From NCBI GenBank assembly GCA_017461545.1, contig JAFTXP010000021.1:3624-67623 (forward strand): a stretch of 64,000 bases of DNA, given 5' to 3'. The number at the start of each line of letters is the position of its first letter. Within the stretch, counting starts at the first letter, position 1. The translations under genes and the position numbers were made by a program. This document shows positions 58,865 through 64,000 of this stretch, piece by piece. The notes under the pieces were generated by a model, which saw nothing but the letters and a program-made list of their open reading frames with translations, made no database searches and was not told where the DNA came from. Origin of the DNA: Clostridia bacterium (GTDB taxonomy: Bacteria > Bacillota > Clostridia > UBA1212).

Positions 58865-59088
58865 GATTAAATCAACCTTTCCGGTTAAGTACTTTATGTC
58901 CTTTGCCGAGTCATCAAGGACATGTTTTATGTATATTTCAGTTGATTTGCTGTTATGACAAAGCGGTGCGAAAAAAGCGAGTGTTTTTCTTTCTTGAAAT
59001 CACTGCGTTTTATTGTATAATAATAAAGTGTTTTTATGTAAAATTTTACAGACATAAAAACTCTAAAAAAACTCGGAGGTATTATATA

Positions 59089-60513
59089 ATGGCAAAGACC
59101 GCAGCAGAGCTTATGAGCTTTATTAAAGAAAATGATATTCAAATGATCGATTTTAAGATTGTTGATATCAACGGCCAGTTCCGTCATGTGACAATTCCGG
59201 CTGCACAGTTTTCTGAAAACACTGTAAAGGAAGGTATCGGATTTGATGCATCCAACTACGGCTACGCAGTAGTTGAGAAGAGTGACATGGTATTTATCCC
59301 TGACCTTGAAACAGCAATTATCGATCCTTTCTGTGAAATAAAAACACTTTCTATCACAGGTAATGCAATGGTTATCGATTATCCTGAGAACCGTCCGCTT
59401 GCTCAGTACCCGCGTAACATCGTTGCTGCGGCAGAGCAGTATATGAAGGATTCAGGAATAGCTGATACTATGTTGATTCTCCCCGAATTCGAATTCCACC
59501 TTTTTGATGATGTTGCATGGACGGTACGTCCCGAAGAGGTTGCTATGTCGGTTGATGCTAAACAGGCTTATTGGAACAGCGATATCGAAGGTATGGGCCG
59601 CATTGTTCCCCATCAGAAAGCTTACCATGTTGCAAAGCCTCTTGATACTTCATACGAGTGCCGTTCTGAGATGTGCCTCGAACTTGAAAAGATGGGTATC
59701 GCTATAAAGTACCATCATCCCGAGGTAGGTGCGGCAGGACAGTTTGAAATCGAGCCTATGCTCGGTCAGATGTCAAAGATGGCTGACAACACAATGATGA
59801 TAAAATATGTTATCCACAACACAGCTCTTAAGTACGGCAAGGCTGCTACATTCATGCCGAAGCCGGTATACGGTGAGGCAGGTAACGGCATGCACGTTCA
59901 CATGCTTCTTTTAAAGGACGGCGAGCCTGTATTTTCTGATGACAACGGTTATTCACACCTCAGCGAGACAGCTCACTACTTCATGGGCGGATTGCTCAAA
60001 CACATCGCTTCGCTTTGCGCTCTTACAAACCCGAGCACAAACTCCTTCAAGCGTCTTGTTCCGGGATTTGAGGCTCCTGTTACCGTAGGTTACGCTACAT
60101 CAAACAGAAGTGCCGTTATCAGAATCCCTGCTTATGCTAAGACACCTAAGATGAGACGTTTTGAGCTCCGTAACCCGGATGCTACATGTAACCCGTACTT
60201 CTGCTATGCAGCACTTCTCATGGCAGGTCTTGACGGTATAAAGAACAAAATCGATCCTCATGCAAACGGTTGGGGTCCTTACGATATGAACCTCTACACC
60301 TTGCCCGAAGAGGAGAAAGCAAAACTCAAAGGTCTTCCAACGTCGCTTCCCGAAGCTCTCGACGCTCTCGAAGCCGACCACGATTACCTCACAGCCGGCG
60401 GTGTATTCCCCGAGCATTTGCTCAAAAACTTCATTGCAAGAAAGCGTGCTGAGTGTATGGAACTTTCCAAGATTCCTCATCCCGCTGAGTTTGAGAAATA
60501 TTTTAATCTTTGA
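59089..60513 (+). CDS. glnA: Glutamine synthetase type I
   Basis: Motifs FDASN, HHPEVG..GQFEI, FMPKP.YGEAGNGMHVH, KRLVPGFEAP, NRSAVIRIP and ELRNPD..CNPY. Start at the ATG at 59089, after GGAGG. Confidence 0.96.
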   Translation: MAKTAAELMSFIKENDIQMIDFKIVDINGQFRHVTIPAAQFSENTVKEGIGFDASNYGYAVVEKSDMVFIPDLETAIIDPFCEIKTLSITGNAMVIDYPENRPLAQYPRNIVAAAEQYMKDSGIADTMLILPEFEFHLFDDVAWTVRPEEVAMSVDAKQAYWNSDIEGMGRIVPHQKAYHVAKPLDTSYECRSEMCLELEKMGIAIKYHHPEVGAAGQFEIEPMLGQMSKMADNTMMIKYVIHNTALKYGKAATFMPKPVYGEAGNGMHVHMLLLKDGEPVFSDDNGYSHLSETAHYFMGGLLKHIASLCALTNPSTNSFKRLVPGFEAPVTVGYATSNRSAVIRIPAYAKTPKMRRFELRNPDATCNPYFCYAALLMAGLDGIKNKIDPHANGWGPYDMNLYTLPEEEKAKLKGLPTSLPEALDALEADHDYLTAGGVFPEHLLKNFIARKRAECMELSKIPHPAEFEKYFNL

Positions 60514-60529
60514 TAAGAACTTTTTGATG

Positions 60530-60554
60530 GCCCCGGAAGCTTGTCTCCCGGGGT
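60530..60554 (+). terminator. Terminator after glnA
   Basis: gccccgg / ccggggt followed by T residues. Confidence 0.65.
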
Positions 60555-60654
60555 TATTTTTTGTATAATTTTTCAAAGATAATAAAAAATCGTGAAACCG
60601 AATCAGTTTTTTTACGAGATATAAAGTGAAAGTATTTACAAGAGGTGATAAGGC

Positions 60655-62100
60655 GTGAGAAAACTTTTAAAGACAACAGTTGCGGTTAAATTTATTTCTT
60701 TGGTTTTGTTCCCTTGTATTGTTATGGGTTTAATTTCTTTTCCTGAGCCGTCATGCCATCCTCCCCGTTATTCATACGATGTAGTAAGAGGTACTGTCAC
60801 ATTGACCTGTCCGAAAGACATCTATCCGACGGATGAAAGCAGGGAGGTTATTTCGGAGTGGATCAAATACTTCAACTCAGTATATCCTGATGTTACCGTG
60901 CAGACTGAATTTGATGACAGAGCAAATTGGGATGTGCGTCTCGCATCGAAAGATATCGGCGATGTTTTTTGGGCTGATGATTCGCAGGTTTATGAGTTAG
61001 GTATGGAAAAGAGATATTTAATGCCGCTTGATTCCTATGCGGAGTATTTTGAGGAAAAAAGCGATTTGGGGCTTGATTTAAATGATGTATATCCTATTTT
61101 GCGCGAAATCGGAACGGCGGACGGTCAATTGTATATGATAGCAGAGCGCTCTGAAATGCAGACATTCACATACAACAAAGGTATGCTTGCAGAAGCAGGT
61201 CTTGAGTTGCCGCCAAATGATTGGACTTGGTACGAGTTTAAGGAATACATCAAAAAATTGACCGTGATGTCGGAGAACGGCACGGTCTTGCAGGTCGGCG
61301 CTGCAATGGATATTACATCTCCGCAAACATATATTTTTTTCTGTACGGGAACAGGCGGCGAACTGTTTGATCAGCTAAATGAGGAAGTAGATTTCTCTTC
61401 GAAAAATGCCGTCAGAGGTTTAAAAAAGCTTACAAAGGTTTTAGAGGATAAGTACGTTTATCCCATGAGCGAACTTACTCTTACAGGCGAATACGCATCT
61501 GCCTTTGCAGAAATAAATAACGAAAATATAATATCAAAGGCTGCTTTTATTCAGCTTGATTCATATTCAAAACTTCAGGAAAGGGCTGCATTGTATGCGC
61601 TGAACGGCATAGATTGGGATATTGTATCTTTCCCTGATTTTGAATATGCGGCATCTCCGTGCAGTTCTTGCGGCTACGGCGTTTTTTCATATACCTCCAA
61701 TCCCGCTGCCGCGGCTGCATTGTGCCTCTCTATTTGGACTATTCCCGTTCAAACGGAAATATCGCAGGGCTTAAATTGCGCAGTTCCGGTGCTTAAATCC
61801 ATGCAAGAAGATACTGTTTGGCATTATGAAGAATATTCGGAAAAGAACTATGATGCATTTCTCTATAATGTCGGCCGAGCTATTCCCGGAGATTTCAGAG
61901 GACGGGTTCCCGAGAAAGTCGCTGATATTATTGAGGACGGAATGACGAGGATTTTTATTGATTTTTACTCAGACGGGGTTTACTCTGAAGATGATGCGCT
62001 GTATTCAATTGATTTTTTGGCAAATGATACTTGGGAGTCTCTTCATAAACCTCGTCCGGTTCAAACTCCGATATATACTCCTGCTACGACAATGAATTGA
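60655..62100 (+). CDS. Extracellular solute-binding protein (carbohydrate ABC type), orphan
   Basis: FNSVYPDVTVQ, DVFWAD, LMPLD, FTYNKGMLAEAGL..P..DWTW.EF and WDIV.FP; no adjacent permease. Confidence 0.72.
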   Translation: MRKLLKTTVAVKFISLVLFPCIVMGLISFPEPSCHPPRYSYDVVRGTVTLTCPKDIYPTDESREVISEWIKYFNSVYPDVTVQTEFDDRANWDVRLASKDIGDVFWADDSQVYELGMEKRYLMPLDSYAEYFEEKSDLGLDLNDVYPILREIGTADGQLYMIAERSEMQTFTYNKGMLAEAGLELPPNDWTWYEFKEYIKKLTVMSENGTVLQVGAAMDITSPQTYIFFCTGTGGELFDQLNEEVDFSSKNAVRGLKKLTKVLEDKYVYPMSELTLTGEYASAFAEINNENIISKAAFIQLDSYSKLQERAALYALNGIDWDIVSFPDFEYAASPCSSCGYGVFSYTSNPAAAAALCLSIWTIPVQTEISQGLNCAVPVLKSMQEDTVWHYEEYSEKNYDAFLYNVGRAIPGDFRGRVPEKVADIIEDGMTRIFIDFYSDGVYSEDDALYSIDFLANDTWESLHKPRPVQTPIYTPATTMN

Positions 62101-62160
62101 TTTTAAAGCACACGAGCGGAGCCGCTTTTATTATTGTAATTTCAACTCTGGTGAAATAAT

Positions 62161-62306
62161 GAAAACCCCTTGCAGTGTAAAATTCTAAAATCTGATATCG
62201 GACAGCTTTTTACCTTTCCCAACCGCTACAACAACGAAAACCCCTCGCAGTGTAAAATTTCAAAATCGGATATCGGGCCGATTTTAATTTTACACTGCGA
62301 GGGGTT
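62161..62306. repeat. Composite palindrome: a 21-bp perfect inverted repeat plus a degenerate direct copy of its left half
   Basis: aacccctcgcagtgtaaaatt (62239-62259) / aattttacactgcgaggggtt (62286-62306), with inner aaaatcgg/ccgatttt. A direct copy of about 41 bp lies at 62161-62201. Confidence 0.85.
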
Positions 62307-62311
62307 CTTTA

Positions 62312-64000
62312 TTACTCTGCAAACTTTGCCAAAATATCGCCGGAGCGCTCGATGAAGCGTGTCAGGGCATCTGTGTCAAGCGGTTTGTGTGCGAGCATTG
62401 CAAGGTCGTAAATCTGACCGCAGACGACTTTGAGTTTTTCCTCGTCTGTATCTTTGAGAGTTGCAAGCTGTTTTACGATGGGGCTCTTGTAGTTGAGCAC
62501 GAGAGTTGTCTCTTCTGCGCCGAATCCCATTTTAGCCATATCGGTCATTCCGTACATCTTCGCAAGTTCCTGCATACGGCGTCCTTGTTCAGAAAGGATA
62601 ATCATTGCAGGCATCTTTGTTTTGATAGGCTCGACGGAAACTTTGAGCTTTTCGCTTTCGGCAACTGATCGGAATATTCCGGAAAGACTTTCCGCAAGTG
62701 AAGTCATTTCTGCTTTTGCCTCTTCGCTGCTTTCGTCCTTTATTTTGTCGGATACATCTGCGTCAACTCGTGAGAACTTAAATTTACCCGTATTTTTGTA
62801 TTCTGCGAGCTGGATGAAGTGTGAGTCAATCGGTCCATCCAAAATGACGGGATCGATACCTATTTCTTCTAAAATCTTGATGTACTGCGCCTGCAACGTC
62901 GCGTTGTCGCTGTAACTGATAGTCTTCGTTTCAGCGTCCTTCTGATACTTTTCAAGATATTCATCGCAAGTGAAGTATTCGCTCTTTGTGGTCTTGTAGA
63001 TTAAAGAATCTTTAACCTTGTCGTAGAACTTGTCGTCTTTGAGGCAACCGAATTTAACGAAAGGATTTATATCGTCCCAGTAAGTGCAGTACTGTTCTCT
63101 TTCTGTTTTGAAAAGACCGTTAAGTTTGTCTGCGACTTTCTTTGTGATATGAGTTGAAATTTTGTTTACATAGCCGTCGTTCTGCAAAAAGCTTCTTGAT
63201 ACATTGAGCGGCAGGTCGGGACAGTCGATTACTCCTTTTAAAAGCATAAGGAACTCGGGGAGAATTTCTTTTACATTGTCCGCTACGAATACCTGATTGT
63301 AGTAAACCTTGATTGTGCCTTCCAAAGTATCGTAATTGGTTTTGAGCTTCGGGAAATAGAGTATTCCTTTAAGGTTGAACGGATAATCGACATTCAGGTG
63401 AATCCAGAAAAGCGGGTCGTTGTAATCGTTGAATACTTTGTGATAAAACTCTTTATATTCTTCTTCCGTGCAGTCCTTCGCGGGTTTGAGCCAGAGCGGA
63501 GAAGTGTCGTTAAGAGCCTTGGGGGAGTTGTCCTTCTTTCCTTCGGTCTTGCCGTCTTCGTCAACATCAATAACTTCGTCTTCTTTTTCGTCCTCCGACT
63601 TTTCGTCTGCCGTATCTATGAAATAGAGATTTACGGGAAGGAATGCAAAGTATTTTTCAAGAGTTTCGCGAAGCTTGAAACTGTCAAGATATTCGACGCT
63701 GTCGTCTGCGACGTGCATCGTGATGTAAGTTCCGCGCTCGTCAAGGTCTGACTCTGCCATTTCAAATTCCATGCCACTTTCGCTTTCCCAGTGAACAGCT
63801 TTGCTGCCGGGAGACCATGAAAGTGTGTCGATTTCAACCTTTTTTGAAACCATAAAAGAAGAGTAGAATCCGAGTCCGAAGTGGCCGATAATCTGCGCAT
63901 CGTCTGTTTTGCCCTCGTACTTTTCAAGAAAGTCAACGGCGCCTGAAAAAGCCACCTGATTTATATATTTTTTAACTTCCTCTTCGGTCATACCGATTCC
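62312..64000 (-). CDS. htpG: Molecular chaperone HtpG (Hsp90), 5'-partial
   Basis: Frame is open from the window end (GIGMTEEEV..INQVAFSG); IGHFGLGFYSSFMV, G...YYNQVFV and D.PLNVSRS.LQ. Confidence 0.96.
   Translation of the reverse strand, partial: GIGMTEEEVKKYINQVAFSGAVDFLEKYEGKTDDAQIIGHFGLGFYSSFMVSKKVEIDTLSWSPGSKAVHWESESGMEFEMAESDLDERGTYITMHVADDSVEYLDSFKLRETLEKYFAFLPVNLYFIDTADEKSEDEKEDEVIDVDEDGKTEGKKDNSPKALNDTSPLWLKPAKDCTEEEYKEFYHKVFNDYNDPLFWIHLNVDYPFNLKGILYFPKLKTNYDTLEGTIKVYYNQVFVADNVKEILPEFLMLLKGVIDCPDLPLNVSRSFLQNDGYVNKISTHITKKVADKLNGLFKTEREQYCTYWDDINPFVKFGCLKDDKFYDKVKDSLIYKTTKSEYFTCDEYLEKYQKDAETKTISYSDNATLQAQYIKILEEIGIDPVILDGPIDSHFIQLAEYKNTGKFKFSRVDADVSDKIKDESSEEAKAEMTSLAESLSGIFRSVAESEKLKVSVEPIKTKMPAMIILSEQGRRMQELAKMYGMTDMAKMGFGAEETTLVLNYKSPIVKQLATLKDTDEEKLKVVCGQIYDLAMLAHKPLDTDALTRFIERSGDILAKFAE

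Noticed and set aside
59037-59050. GlnR/TnrA box upstream of glnA
   Set aside because: The palindrome TGTAA-AATT-TTACA has a 4-bp spacer, not the canonical 7 bp.
58903-59088. N-terminal extension of GlnA given by the ORF track
   Set aside because: The RBS and homology support the ATG at 59089. Upstream extensions of lexA, ald, murF, ftsW and uvrD were trimmed for the same reason.

Overview
Chromosomal segment of a low-GC Firmicute, most likely a gut- or rumen-type member of Clostridia. It runs: the end of a dcw cluster (spoVD/ftsI-like PBP, murE, murF, mraY, ftsW), accessory genes (DUF4186, ald, lipase, Cys/His-repeat lipoprotein, MFS), polA-coaE, a phosphate transporter, three tRNAs, a CarB-DapF fusion, pdxR/pdxST, a dockerin-bearing cell-wall hydrolase beside a membrane-anchored cohesin-like protein, mutL-miaA, lexA, a short UvrD helicase with a P-loop ATPase, rnz, an AlbA_2/Schlafen-like ATPase, dppA, lon, rpsU, recJ-relA-dtd-MBL-hemZ, glnA, a solute-binding protein and partial htpG. 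No transposase, integrase, CRISPR array or rRNA was recognised. The main result is a murA gene split exactly in its catalytic Cys loop (HPGG|C). The 5' half is on the minus strand (13307 to about 12960) and the 3' half is on the plus strand (about 43445 to 44409), 30.5 kb away. The two junctions are dyad-symmetric sites in inverted orientation, centred on a shared GG dinucleotide. A single inversion at that GG would rebuild an in-frame murA of about 430 codons, and no other recognised gene crosses either junction. Gene-strand bias suggests the split state is the long-standing one. This points to a candidate programmed chromosomal inversion that assembles a gene, resembling skin-type serine-recombinase rearrangements but by inversion rather than excision. 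No recombinase is visible in the window, so the mechanism is inferred.
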